From positions 2,418,001 through 2,482,000 of the forward strand of contig OZ024745.1 in NCBI GenBank assembly GCA_964016885.1: a stretch of DNA of 64,000 bases, in the 5' to 3' direction. The first letter of the stretch is position 1. Every line of letters begins with the position of its first letter. Origin of the DNA: Eledone cirrhosa (lineage: Eukaryota). Positions 41,360-58,083 of this stretch are shown here, in pieces. Position numbers and translations under genes: made by a program. The notes under the pieces are model-generated. The model searched no databases. It saw nothing but the letters and a program-made list of their open reading frames with translations, and was not told the origin of the DNA.

Positions 41360-41564
41360 CCTCAGCGGGATTAGAGCTCAGAACGTAGAGGGTCGTAGCT
41401 CTATGTTGTAAAGCAATTATAATTGTTTCTACTTTAGGCACAAGGCCAGCAATTACCCAGTACATTACTGGTACTTTATTTCATCGACCCCGTAAGGATG
41501 AAAGGCAAAGTTAACCTCGGCGGGATTTGAACTCAGACCGTAAAGGGACGTAACTATGCTGGAA
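41360..41564 (-). mobile_element. Two partial OK-like SINEs
   Basis: 41421-41564 matches the family 3' part; 41360-41415 is a diverged piece. Confidence 0.75.
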
Positions 41565-41810
41565 ATTATAATAATACTGAACAGTAACATACGAACAGCT
41601 TCAATTATACGAACTCTTTCGAAAGTCAACAGTTGACATAATCTAGTATCAGTAATGACGGTAATATATATATATATGTTATTTATAAATAAATATTGAC
41701 ATACCCGGAAAAAAAGACAACCTTAACGGTTGGAGCTATCCAGGAAGCTCCAACCGATAAGGTTGTCTTTTTTAACGGGTATGTCAATATTTATTTATAA
41801 AACAAATCTG

Positions 41811-41876
41811 TATTTTATCTGATGAAAGCGCACCATAATTTACATTGGTTGCCCTTGAAATATATATAATAAAATA
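41811..41876 (+). ncRNA. Type I hammerhead ribozyme downstream of a ~117-bp hairpin (41684-41800)
   Basis: TATTTTAT-CTGATGA-AAGCGCACCA...TGGTTGCCCTT-GAAA-TATATA-T-A-ATAAAATA. Confidence 0.72.
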
Positions 41877-41914
41877 AATATGGTTTTATAAATATAGTTT
41901 CCATTTATTAATAT

Positions 41915-41981
<67 letters not shown>

Positions 41982-42065
41982 TCATACAGATATCAATATA
42001 TACATATAAATATATATATACATACATACATCCATATAGATATCAATAGTCATTATATAGGAGTG

Positions 42066-42270
42066 GGCATGTTCATGGCTGTGTAGTTAAGGACCTCGCT
42101 TTGGAACCTCGGGAGTTCTGGGTTTCATCCTGCTTTGTTACACCTTCAGTTATTCCCTTAAATTGTTGTGTTGTGGTTGGACCTCGACTTAGCTCCACCT
42201 GTCTTGCCACTAATTACAGGTAAACTGAGAGTGAGGCTGGTTATTGATACAACTTTCGTTAGTGATACAA
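42066..42270 (+). mobile_element. Old tRNA-derived SINE
   Basis: TGGCTGTGTAGTTAAG A-box-like and GGGTTTCATCC B-box-like; degraded. Confidence 0.45.
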
Positions 42271-42646
42271 CGTCACAATTTACCTTGAAGTCGTCGAGGG
42301 GCCAACAACATTGTTTTTATATAAAATCTTGAATACTATACCTGACCACCACCTTGATGTTATAATAGTACTACTAATGTCTTTATTATTGGCCACGAGG
42401 GCCGAACATAGGGGACAATACAGGGGGGGGGGTACATACAATCGTGTAAAGAAATTAACAAAAACAATTAACAAAAATATCAACAACAGAATTCCCAGGT
42501 CAATAATTTAGGTCACAAGGTTTGGGGGGAGAGGAGAAACTGGATGAAACTGACCCCAGCGTGTTACTGGTACTTGAGGTCGATTTAATCAACTTTCATC
42601 CTTCCCTTCAAATAGTTGGTCTTGTGTCAAAAGTAGAAACAATTAT

Positions 42647-42678
<32 letters not shown>

Positions 42679-42679
42679 T

Positions 42680-42741
<62 letters not shown>

Positions 42742-42780
42742 TTACCCCTACTACTACTACTACTACTACTACTATTACCC

Positions 42781-42845
<65 letters not shown>

Positions 42846-43050
42846 ACTACTACTGCTCCTGCTACTACTACTGCTACTACTACTACTACCACTACTACTA
42901 CTACTACAACTACTACTACTGCTGCTACTGCTACTACTACTACTGCTGCTGCTACTACTACTGCTACTACCACTACTGCTACTACTACTACTGCTACTAC
43001 TACTACTACTGCTACTACTACTACTGCTACTACTACTACTACTACCACTT

Positions 43051-43096
<46 letters not shown>
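42647..43096 (+). repeat. (ACT/GCT)n trinucleotide expansion at a SINE tail
   Basis: Follows GGTCTTGTGTCAAAAGTAGAAACAATT SINE end. Confidence 0.9.
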
Positions 43097-43385
43097 GATT
43101 GATTATAGTTTACTTGTGGTATATTTCCTGGACCCTACCAACGTCTTTCCTCATCTACAACTTATCGATGTCTTTACTTGGTTGTACATCATCTCAGCTT
43201 CACCAGTTTCACCAACACGTGACAGAAACAGCTGCCATATTGTCATAAATCGCTGTTGGTGAAGAATACCCGAAATCTGTGAATATGACACGGGGCCTCT
43301 CTATGAACTTCCCTTAACCTGTGATTTATTGTAATATGTATTCCTCAATAACAACCAGTAATCTTCAGGTATCAAAGCAATCACT

Positions 43386-43467
<82 letters not shown>

Positions 43468-43634
43468 ACACTCTCTTTTTCTCACCACACACACACACAC
43501 AAAAATAACACTCTGTGTGTCTAAGAGAGAATTCCTTATTTTCTTGGAGCAATAATCTCCTGGGAAATCATGAAAGTGACTGTTTTGTGGTGAAAACATT
43601 CCAGTCGCTCTTAATGGAATGTTTTCATGTAATT

Positions 43635-45313
43635 TGTCAATGTTAAACCAGTCTACCACAGCCAGTCCTTCTCAGGTTACTGATACCTGCTACATGTCAA
43701 TGTTAAACCAGTCTACCACAGCCAGTCCTTCTCAGGTTACTGATACCTGCTACATGTCAATGTTAAACCAGTCTACAACAGCCTGTCCTTCTCAGGTTAC
43801 TGATACCTGCTACATGTCAATGTTAAACCAGTCTACCACAGCCAGTCCTTCTCAGGTTACTGATACCTGCTACATGTCAATGTTAAACCAGTCTACAACA
43901 GCCTGTCCTTCTCAGGTTACTGATACCTGCTACATGTCAATGTTAAACCAGTCTACCACAGCCTGTCCTTCTCAGGTTACTGATAGCTGCTACATGTCAA
44001 TGTTAAACCAGTCTACCCCAGCCTGTCCTTCTCAGGTTACTGATACCTGCTACATGTCAATGTTAAACCAGTCTACCACAGCCAGTCCTTCTCAGGTTAC
44101 TGATACCTGCTACATGTCAATGTTAAACCAGTCTACCCCAGCCTGTCCTTCTCAGGTTACTGATAGCTGCTACATGTCAATGTTAAACCAGTCTACCACA
44201 GCCAGTCCTTCTCAGGTTACTGATAGCTGCTACATGTCAATGTTAAACCAGTCTACCACAGCCAGTCCTTCTCAGGCTACTGATAGCTGCTACATGTCAA
44301 TGTTAAACCAGTCTAACACAGCCAGTCCTTCTCAGGTTACTGATAACTGCTACATGTCAATGATAAACCAGTCTACCCCAGCCTGTCCTTCTCAGGTTAC
44401 TGATACCTGCTACATGTCAATGTTAAACCAGTCTACCACAGCCAGTCCTTCTCAGGTTACTGATACCTGCTACATGTCAATGTTAAACCAGTCTACAACA
44501 GCCTGTCCTTCTCAGGTTACTGATACCTGCTACATGTCAATGTTAAACCAGTCTACCACAGCCTGTCCTTCTCAGGTTACTGATAGCTGCTACATGTCAA
44601 TGTTAAACCAGTCTACCCCAGCCTGTCCTTCTCAGGTTACTGATACCTGCTACATGTCAATGTTAAACCAGTCTACCACAGCCAGTCCTTCTCAGGTTAC
44701 TGATACCTGCTACATGTCAATGTTAAACCAGTCTACCCCAGCCTGTCCTTCTCAGGTTACTGATAGCTGCTACATGTCAATGTTAAACCAGTCTACCACA
44801 GCCAGTCCTTCTCAGGTTACTGATAGCTGCTACATGTCAATGTTAAACCAGTCTACCACAGCCAGTCCTTCTCAGGCTACTGATAGCTGCTACATGTCAA
44901 TGTTAAACCAGTCTAACACAGCCAGTCCTTCTCAGGTTACTGATACCTGCTACATGTCAATGATAAACCAGTCTACCCCAGCCTGTCCTTCTCAGGTTAC
45001 TGATACCTGCTACATGTCAATGTTAAACCAGTCTACCACAGCCAGTCCTTCTCAGGTTACTGATACCTGCTACATGTCAATGTTAAACCAGTCTACCACA
45101 GCCAGTCCTTCTCAGGTTACTGATAGCTGCTACATGTCAATGATAAACCAGTCTACCCCAGCCTGTCCTTCTCAGGTTACTGATAGCTGCTACATGTCAA
45201 TGATAAACCAGTCTACCCCAGCCAGTCCTTCTCAGGTTATTGATACCTGCTACATATCAATGTTAAACCAGTCTACCCCAGCCTGTCCTTCTCAGGTTAC
45301 TGATACCTGCTAC
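43635..45313 (+). repeat. 60-bp tandem repeat, 28 copies, with a 600-bp higher-order duplication
   Basis: Exact 60-bp period; rare variants recur 600 bp apart. Confidence 0.97.
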
Positions 45314-45411
45314 GTGTGCGGGCAACCGAAATAAATGTAATGAAACTGTTCAAATGAGAATCGGTCCTACATTGCAGACTCGATTGTTCGAGTGCTAACC
45401 ATCACACTAGA

Positions 45412-48400
45412 TTACCCACAACAATACCCACAACAAATACCCACAACAAATACCCACAACAAATACCCACGGCAATACGCACAACAATACCCACAACAAA
45501 TAGCCACAACAATACCCACAACAATACCGACAACAACACCCACAACAATACCTACAACATTTACCCACAACAATACCCACAACAAATACCCACAACAATA
45601 CCCACAACAATACCCACAATAAATACCCACAACAATACCCACAACAATACCCACAACAATACCCACAACAAATACCCACAACAATACCCACAACAATACC
45701 CACAATAAATACCCACAACAATACCCACAACAATACCCACAACAATACCCACAACAATACCCATAACAATACCCACAACAACACCCAAAACAATACCCAC
45801 AACAAATACCCACAACAATACCCACAACAATGCCCACAATAAATACCCACAACAATACCCACAACAAAACCCACAACAAATACCACAACAATACCCACAA
45901 CAATACCCACAACAATACCCACAACAATACCCACAACAATACCAGCAAAAATACCCACAACAATACCCACAACAATACCCACAACAATACCCACATCAAA
46001 ACCCACAACAATACCCACAACAATACACATAAATACCAATAACAAATACCCACACACACAAATACCCACGATAATACCCACAACAATACCAACAACCATA
46101 CCCACAACAAATACCCATATTAATAGCCACAACAATACCCACACATACCCACAACAAATACACACACATTCCCACAACAATACCCGAAATAAATACCCAC
46201 AACAAATACCCACACTCACGTACCCACAACAATACCCACAACAATGCCCACAACAAATACCCACAACAATACCGACAACAATACCCACAACAATACCCAC
46301 AACAATACCCTCAACAAATACCCACAACAATACCCACACATACCCACAACAATACCCACAACAAATACCCACAACAATACCCACAACAATACCCACAACT
46401 AATACCCACAACAATACCCACAACAATACCCACAACAAATACCCACAATTAATACCCACAACAAATACCCACAACAATACCCACAACAATACCCACAACA
46501 AATACCCACAACAAATACCCACAAAAATACCCACAACAATACCCACAACATTACCAACAACAAATACCCACAACAATACCCACAACAATACCCACAACAA
46601 ATACCCACAACAATACCCACAACAATGCCCACAACAATACCACAACAATACCCACAACAAATACCCACAACAAATACCCATAGCAAATACCCACAACAAT
46701 ACCCCCACACACACATAACCACAACAATACCCACATAATACCCACAACAAATACCCAAACATACCACCAAAAATACCCACAACAAATACCCACACATACC
46801 CACAACAATACCATAACAATACCCACAACAAATACCCACAACAATACCCACAATAATACCCACAACAAATACCCACAACAATGCCCATGACAATTCCTAC
46901 AACAATACCCACAACAATACCCATAACAAATACCCACACATACCCACAACAATACCCACAACAATACCCACAACAATAACCACAACAAATACCCACCACA
47001 AATACCCACAACAATACCCTAAACAAATACCCGCAATAAATACCCACAATAAATATCCACAACAATACCCACAACAAATCCAGACACATACCCACAACAA
47101 TACCCACAACAAATACCCACAACAATACCCACAACAAATACCCACAACAATACCCACGACAAATACCCACAACAATACCCACAACAATACCCACAACAAA
47201 TACCCACAACAAATACCCACAAAAATACCCACAACAACACCCACAACAATACCCACAACAAATACCCACAACATTACCCACAACAAATACCCACAGCAAA
47301 TACCCACAACAATACCCACAACAAATACCCACAACAATACCCACAACAATACCCACAACAAATACCCACAACAAATACCCAAAACAATACCCACAACAAT
47401 ACCCACAACAATACCCACAACAAATACCCACACAATACCCACAATTAATAGCCACAACAATACCCACAACAATACCCACAACAAATACCCACAACAATAC
47501 CCACATCGATACCCAAACCGATACCCAAAATTAATAGCCACAACAACACCCACAACAATACCCACAACAAATAGCCACACATTCCCACAACAATACCCAC
47601 AACAAATACCCACAACAAATACCCAAAACAATACCCACAACAATACCCACAACAATACCCACAACAAATACCCACACAATACCCACAACAAATACTCACA
47701 ACAAATACCCACAACAAATACCCACAACAAATACCCACAACAATACCCACAACAATACCCACAACAAATACCCACACTAATACCCACAACAATACCCACA
47801 ACAAATACCCACAACAAATACCTACAAAAATACCCACAACAATACCCACAACAATACCCACAACAATATCCACAACAATACCCACAACAATACCCATAAC
47901 AATGCCCACAACAAATACCCACAATAATACCCACAACAAATAGCCACACATACCCACATTAATACCCACATCAATACCCACAACAAATTCCCACAACAAT
48001 ACCCTCAAAAATACCCACAACATTACCCACAATTAATAGCCACAATAATACCCACAACAATACCCACCACTAATACCCACAACAAATACCCACAACAAAT
48101 ACCCACACATACCCACAACAATAGCCACAACAATACCCACAACAATACCCACAAAAATACCCACAACAATACCCACGACAAATACCCACAACAACACCCA
48201 CAACAATACCCACAACAAATACCCACAACGTTACCCACAACAAATACCCACAGCAAATACCCACAACAATACCCACAATTAATACCCACAACAATACCCA
48301 CAACAATACCCACAACAAATACTCACAACAATACCCACAACAAATACCCACAACAATACCCATAACAATACCCACAATTAATAGCCACAACAATACCCAC

Positions 48401-51400
48401 AACAATACCCACAGCAAATACCCACAACAATACCCACATCAATACCCACACCGATACCCACAATTAATAGCCACAACAATGCCCACAACAATACCCACAA
48501 CAATACCCACAACATTACCCACAACAATACCCACAACATTACCCACAATTAATAGCCACACATACCCACAACAATACCCACACAAATACCCACAACAATT
48601 ACCCACTATAAATACCCACACACAACAATAGCCACAACAATACCCACAACAATACCCACAACAATATCCACAACAATACCCACAACAATACCCATAACAA
48701 TACCCACAAATAATACCCACAACAATACCCACAACAAATAGCCACACATACCCACATTAATACCCACAACTAATACCCACAACAAATACCCTCAACAATA
48801 CCCACAACAATACACACAATAAATACCCACAACATAGACCCACACATACCCACAAGAATACCCACACAAATACCCACAACAATTACCCACTATAAATACC
48901 CACACACAACAATAGCCACAACAATACCCACAACAATACCCACAACAATACCCATAACAATACCCACAACAATACCCTGAGCCATACCCACAACAATACC
49001 CACACCAAATACCCACAACAAATAGCCACAACAAATACCCACAACAAATACCCACAACTAATACCCACAACAAATACCCTCAACAATACCCACAACAATA
49101 CACACAATAAATACCCACAACATAGACCCACACATACCCACAAGAATACCATAACAATACCCACAACAAATACCCACAACAATACCCATGACAATTCCCA
49201 CAACAATACCCACAACAATACCCACACCTAATACCCACACATACCCACAACAATACCCACAACAAATACCCAGAACAATACCCACAACAATACCCTGAGC
49301 CATACCCACAACAATAACCACAACAAATACCCACAACAAATACCCACAACAAATACCCACAACAAATAGACACACACACACATACCCACAACAATACCCA
49401 CAACAAATACCCACAACAAATACCCACACATACCCACAACAATACCCACAACAAATACCCACACATACCCACAACAATACCATAACAATACCCACAACAA
49501 ATACCCACAACAATACCCACAATAATACCCACAACAAATACCCACAACAATACCCATGACAATTCCCACAACAATACCCACAACAAACCCACACCAAAAA
49601 CCCACACATACCCACAATAATACCCACAACAATACCCACAACAAATAGCCACAACAATACCCACAACAATACCCACAACAATACCCACAACAAATACCCA
49701 CCAGAAATACCCACAACAAATAGCCACAACAATACCCACAACAATGCCCACAACAAATACCCACAACAATACCCACAACAATACCCACACCAATACCCAC
49801 AATTAATAGCCACAACAATACCCACAACAATACCCACAACAAATACCACAACAATACCCACACCATTACCCACAACATTACCCTCATAAATACCCACAAC
49901 ATTACCCACAATTAATAGCCACAATAATACCCACAACAATACCCACCACAAATACCCACAACAAATACCCACAACAAATGCCCACACATACCCACAACAA
50001 TACCCACAACAATACCTTGAGCCATACCCACAAAAATACCCACAACAAATACTCGCAGTAAATACCCACCACAAATACCCAAACAATACCCACAACAAAT
50101 ACCCACAACAAATACCCACAACAATACCCACAACAATAGCCACAACAAATACCCACAACAATACCCTCAACAATACCCACAACAAATACCCACAACAATA
50201 CCCACAATAAATACCCACAACAATACCCACAACAATACCTACAACAAATACCCACAACAATACCCACAACAAATACCCACACAATACCCACAATTAATAG
50301 CCACAACATTACCCATAACAATACCCACAACAAATACCCACAACAAATACCCACAACAAATACCCACAACAAATAGCCACAACAATACCCATAACAATAC
50401 CCACACATAATAGCCACAAAAATACCCACAACAATACCCACAACAAATACCCACAACAATACCCACATCAATACCCACACCGATACCCAAAATTAATAGC
50501 CACAACAATGCCCACAACAATACCCACAACAAATACCCACAACAATACCCACAACATTACCCACAACAATACCCACAACATTACCCACAATTAATAGCCA
50601 CACCTACCCACAACAATACCCACACAAATACCCACAACAATTACCCACAACAAATACCCACACACAACAATAGCCACAACAATACCCACAACAATACCCA
50701 CAACAATATCCACAACAATACCCACAACAATACCCATAACAATACCCACAAATAATACCCACAACAATACCCACAACAAATAGCCACACATACCCACATT
50801 AATACCCACAACAATACCCACAACAAATACCCAAACAATACCCACAACAATACCCATAACAATACCCACAACAATACCCACAACAATACCCTGAGCCATA
50901 CCCACAACAATACCCACACCAAATACCCACAACAAATAGCCACAACAAATACCCACAACAAATACCCACAACTAATACCCACACAAATACCCACAACAAT
51001 TACCCACAACAAATACCCACACACAACAATAGCCACAACAATACCCACAATAATACCCACAACAATATCCACAACAATACCCACAACAATACCCATAACA
51101 ATACCCACAAATAAGACCCACAACAATACCCACAACAAATAGCCACACATACCCACATTAATACCCACAACAATACCCACAACAAATACCCAAACAATAC
51201 CCACAACAATACCCATAACAATACCCACAGTAATACCCACAACAATACCCTGAGCCATACCCACAACAATACCCACAACAATACCCACAACAATACCCAC
51301 AACAATACCCTGAGCCATACCCATGACAATAACCACAACAAATACCCACAAAAATACCCACAACAAATACCCACAACAAATAGACACACACACACATACC

Positions 51401-54400
51401 CACAACAAAACCCACAATAATACCCACAACAAATACTCACAACAATACCCACAACAAATACCCACAACAAATACCCACACATACCCACAACAATACCCAC
51501 AACAAATACCCACACATACCCACAACAATACCATAACAATACCCAAAACAAATGCCCACAACAATACCCACAATAATACCCACAACAAATACCCACAACA
51601 ATACCCATGATAATTCCCACAACAATACCCACAACAAACCCACACCAAAAACCCACACATACCCACAATAATACCCACAACAATACCCACAACAAATAGC
51701 CACAACAAATACTCGCAGTAAATACCCACCACAAATACCCAAACAATACCCACAACAAATACCCACAACAAATACCCACAACAATACCCACAACAATACC
51801 CACAACAAATACCCACAACAATACCCTCAACAATACCCACAACAAATACCCACAACAATACCCACAATAAATACCCGCAATAAATATCCACAACAATACC
51901 CACAACAAATCCAGACACATACCCACAACAATACTCACAATTATACCCACAATAAATACCCACAACAATGCCCACAACAATACCCACAACAATACCCACA
52001 ACAAATCCAGACACATACCCACAAAAATACCCTGAGCCATACCCACAACAATAACCACAACAAATACCCACAACAAATACCCACAACAATACCCACAACA
52101 ATACCCACAACAATACTCACAACAATACCCACAACAAATACCCACAACAAATACCCACACATACCCACAACAATACCCACAAAAATACCCACAACAATAC
52201 CCACAACAATACCTTGAGCCATACCCACAACAATGCCAACAACAAATACCCACAACAAATACCCACACACACATAGCCACAACAATACCCACAACAATAC
52301 CCACAACAAATACTCACAACAATACCCACAACAAATACCCACAACAAATACCCACACATACCCACAACAATACCCACAAATAAACCCACACTTACCCCAA
52401 CAATACCAACAACAAATACCCACACATACACACAAGAATACCATAACAATACCCACAACAAATACCCACAACAATACCCATGACAATTCCCACAACAATA
52501 CCCACAACAATACCCACACCAAATACCCACACATACCCACAACAATACCCACAACAATACCCACAACAATACCCACAACAATAGCCACAACAAATAGCCA
52601 CACATACCCACAACAATACCCACAATAAATACACACAATAAATATCCACAACAATACTCACAACAAATCCAGACACATACCCACAACAATGCCCACAACA
52701 ATACCCACAACAAATACCCACAACAATACCCACAACAAATAACCACAACAATACCCACGAAAATACCCGCAACAATATCCACAACAATACCCACAACAAA
52801 TACCCACAACAAATACCCACAACAATACCTACAACAAATACCCACAACAATACCCACCACAAATACCCACCACAATCCCCACAACAATACCCACAACAAA
52901 GACCGACAACAATACCCACAACAACACCCACAACAATACCCACAACAAATACCCACAACAATACCCACAACAAATACCCACAATAATACCCACAACAACA
53001 CCCACAACAATACCCACAACAAATACCCACAACAAATACCCACAACAATACCCACAACAACACCCACAACAATACCCACAACAAATACCCACAACAATAC
53101 CCACAACAAATACCCACAATAATACCCACAACAATACCCACAACAAATACCCACAACAATACCCACAACAAATACCCACAATAATACCCACAATTAATAG
53201 CCACAACAATACCCACAACAATACCCACAACAAATACCCACAACAATACCCACAACAATACCCACAACAAATACCCACAACAAATAGCCACAACCATACC
53301 CACAACAAATACCCACAATAATACCCACAATTAATAGCCACAACATTACCCATAACAATACCCACAACAAATACCCACAACAATACCCACAATTAATAGC
53401 CACAACAATACCCACAACAATACCCACAACAAAAACCCACAACAATACCCACAACAATACCCACACCAAATACCCACACATACCCACAACAATACCCACA
53501 ACAAATACCCACAACAAATACCCACAACAATACCTACAACAAATACCCACAACAATACCCACCACAAATACCCACAACAATCCCCACAACAATACCCACA
53601 ACAAAGACCGACAACAATACCCACAACAACACCCACAACAATACCCACAACAAATACCCACAACAATACCCACAACAAATACCCACAATAATACCCACAA
53701 CAACACCCACAACAATACCCACAACAAATACCCACAACAAATACCCACAACAATACCCACAACAACACCCACAACAATACCCACAACAAATACCCACAAC
53801 AATACCCACAACAAATACCCACAATAATACCCACAACAATACCCACAACAAATACCCACAACAATACCCACAACAAATACCCACAATAATACCCACAATT
53901 AATAGCCACAACAATACCCACAACAATACCCACAACAAATACCCACAACAATACCCACAACAATACCCACAACAAATACCCACAACAAATAGCCACAACC
54001 ATACCCACAACAAATACCCACAATAATACCCACAATTAATAGCCACAACATTACCCATAACAATACCCATAACAAATACCCACAACAATACCCACAATTA
54101 ATAGCCACAACAATACCCACAACAATACCCACAACAAAAACCCACAACAATACCCACAACAATACCCACACCAAATACCCACACATACCCACAACAATAC
54201 CCACAACAATACCCACAACAATACCCACAACAATAGCCACAACAAATAGTCACACATACCCACAACAATACCCACAATAAATACACACAATAAATATCCA
54301 CAACAATACTCACAACAAATCCAGACACATACCCACAACAATGCCCACAACAATACCCACAACAAATACCCACAACAATACCCACAACAAATAACCACAA

Positions 54401-56862
54401 CAATACCCACGAAAATACCCGCAACAATATCCACAACAATACCCACAACAAATACCCACAACAAATACCCACAACAATACCTACAACAAATACCCACAAC
54501 AATACCCACCACAAATACCCACAACAATCCCCACAACAATCCCCACAACAAAGACCGACAACAATACCCACAACAACACCCACAACAATACCCACAACAA
54601 ATACCCACAACAATACCCACAACAAATACCCACAATAATACCCACAACAACACCCACAACAATACCCACAACAAATACCCACAACAAATACCCACAACAA
54701 TACCCACAACAACACCCACAACAATACCCACAACAAATACCCACAACAATACCCACAACAAATACCCACAATAATACCCACAACAATACCCACAACAAAT
54801 ACCCACAACAATACCCACAACAAATACCCACAATAATACCCACAATTAATAGCCACAACAATACCCACAACAATACCCACAACAAATACCCACAACAATA
54901 CCCACAACAATACCCACAACAAATACCCACAACAAATAGCCACAACCATACCCACAACAAATACCCACAATAATACCCACAATTAATAGCCACAACATTA
55001 CCCATAACAATACCCACAACAAAAACCCACAACAATACCCACAATTAATAGCCACAACAATACCCACAACAATACCCACAACAAAAACCCACAACAATAC
55101 CCACAACAATACCCACAACAATACCCACACCAATACCCACAATTAATAGCCACCACAATACCCACAACAATACCCACAACAAATACCCCCAATAATACCC
55201 ACAACATTACCCACAACAATACCCACAACATTACCCACAATTAATAGCCACACATACCCACAACAATACCCACAACAAATACCCACAACAAATACCCACA
55301 GCAAATACTCACAGTAAATACCCACCACAAATACCCACAACAATACCTACAACAAATACCCACAACAAATACCCACAACAATACCCACAACAATACCCAC
55401 AACAAATACCCACAACCATACCCAAAACAATACCGACAACAAATACCCACAACAATACCCACAACAAATACCTACAACAAATACCCATAACAAATACATA
55501 CAACAATACCCACAACAATACCCACATAATACCCACAACAATATCCACAACAATACCCACAACAAATACCCACAACAATACCCACAACAATACCCACAAC
55601 AATACCCACAACAAATACCCACAACAATACCCACAACAATACCCACAATAATACCCACAACAAATCCAGACACATACCCTCAACAAAACCCACAACAAAT
55701 ACCCACAACAATACCCACAACAATACCCACAACAATACCCATAACAATACCCACAACAAATACCCACAACAATATCCACAACAAATAGCCACACATACCC
55801 ACAACAATACCCACAACAATACCCACAACAAATACCCACAACAAATACCCACAAAAAATACCCACAATAATACCCACAATAATACCCACAATTAATACCC
55901 ACAACAAATACCCACAACAAATACCCACATTAATACCCACAACAATACCCACAACAAATACCCATAACAATACCCACATTAATACCCACACAATACCCAC
56001 AACAATACCCACAACAAATACCCACAACAAATACCCACACATACCCACAATAATACCCGCAACAAATACCCACAAAAAATACCTACAACAAATACCCACA
56101 ACCATACCCACAACAATACCCACAACAATACCCATAACAATACCCACAATAATACCCTCAACAAATACCCACAACAAATACCCACAACAATACCCACAAT
56201 ACCCACAACAAATACCCGCAATAAATACCCACACATACCCACAACAATACCCACAATAAATACCCACAACAAATACCCACAAAACACCCACAACAAATAC
56301 CCGCAACCATGCCCACAACAATACCCACAACCCATACCCACAACAATACCCACAACAATACCCACAAATACCCACAACAAATACCCACAACAATACCCAC
56401 AATACCCACATAAATACCCGCAATAAATACCCACACATACCCACAACAATACCCACAATAAATACCCACAACAAATACCCACAACAAACACCCACAACAA
56501 ATACCCGCAACCATGCCCACAACAAATACCCACAACCATACCCACAACAATACCCACAACAATACCCATAACAATACCCACAACCAATACCCACAACAAT
56601 ACCCACAACAAATACCCACAACATATACCCACATATACCCACAGATACCCACAACAATACCCACAACGAATACCCACACATACCCACAACAATACCCACA
56701 ACGAATACCCACACATACCCACAACAATACCCACAACAAATACCCACACATACCCCCAACAATACCCACAACAAATACCCACATATACCCACAACATACC
56801 CACAATAATACCCACAATAAATACCCACAACAAATACCCACAACAAATACCCACAACATACA
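45412..56862 (+). repeat. ~11.4-kb satellite of 12/13-bp units (CCACAACAATAC / CCACAACAAATAC)
   Basis: Direct repetition; + strand almost G-free. Confidence 0.97.
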
Positions 56863-57229
56863 TCATTGCTTACTTTCTCCACTTGGGTGAAGTCATACAC
56901 TAAATATTAGAATACCCAGCAAACCTCTTCAATGATACACATCAAAGGTACCTTTGTGCAAGATATTGGAATTGAAAAGTTATAAATACAGCTAGTCATT
57001 TCAAACAGTCTAACAATCCTAAACTAAAAAGACCCAGCTGAGGGCACAAATAAATTGCTACGGCCGTCGCTGCTGGGGGTCCCCACTGCAGGGGGTAATT
57101 GACCCCTTTGCCCACTATTAAATCCGACTATTTTAGGCACCACTTCGACTGTCCCTCTCCTTTTTTTTTCTTTGCTTCATTCATTTTTCTTTTTCTTCTT
57201 TTCATTTCCTTTTCTGTGTTCCCTTTAAT

Positions 57230-58083
57230 AATTGTTTCTACTTTTTGGCACAAGGCCAGCAATTACTCCATTGAATTATTGGTACTTTATTTTATCGACC
57301 CCGTAAGCATGAAAGGCCTCGGCGAGATTTGAACTCAGAATGGAAAGGGCCGTAACTCAATGCGTCAAAGCATGGCGTCCGACCCTCTACCGATACTGCC
57401 AATCCACCGCCCTAGCATGGCGTCCGACCCTCTACCGATACTGCCAATCCACCGCCCTAGCATGGCGTCCGCCTCTCTACCGATACTGCCAATCCACTGC
57501 CCCAGCATGGCGTCAGACCCTCTACCGATACTGCCAATCCACTGCCCCAGCATGGCGTCAGACCCTCTACCGATACTGCCAATCCACCGCCCTAGCATGG
57601 CGTCAGACCCTCTACCGATACTGCCAATCTACCGCCCTAACATGGCGTCAGACCCTCTACCGATACTGCCAATCCACCGCCCTAGCATGGCGTCCGCCTC
57701 TCTACCGATACTGCCAATCCACCACCCTAGCATGGCGTCAGACCCTCTACCGATACTGCCAATCCACCGCCCTAGCATGGCGTCCGCCTCTCTACCGATA
57801 CTGCCAATCCACCACCCTAGCATGGCGTCAGACCCTCTACCGATACTGCCAATCCACCACCCTAGCATGGCGTCAGACCCTCTACCGATACTGCCAATCT
57901 ACCACCCTAGCATGGCGTCAGACCCTCTACCGATACTGCCAATCTACCACCCTAGCATGGCGTCAGACCCTCTACCGATACTACCAATCCACCGCCCTAG
58001 CATGGCGTCAGACCCTCTACCGATACTGCCAATCCACCTCCCTAGCATGGCGTCAGACCCTCTACCGATACTGCCAATCCGCC
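57230..58083 (-). mobile_element. OK-like SINE whose 45-bp head is tandemly amplified ~16 times
   Basis: SINE body 57230-57369; array unit is the reverse complement of TAGGGCGGTGGATTGGCAGTATCGGTAGAGGGTCGGACGCCATGC. Confidence 0.9.

Noticed and set aside
40995-41465. 156-aa ORF as a gene
   Set aside because: Chimera of antisense-oriented SINE sequence running into an RTE RT fragment
42522-43262. Poly-Thr mucin-like ORF
   Set aside because: (ACT)n expansion from a SINE tail
45407-56900. Cys/Gly/Tyr- or Leu/Trp/Val-rich ORFs, and a telomere interpretation
   Set aside because: Satellite translations open in several frames; the unit is not TTAGGG and the array is internal
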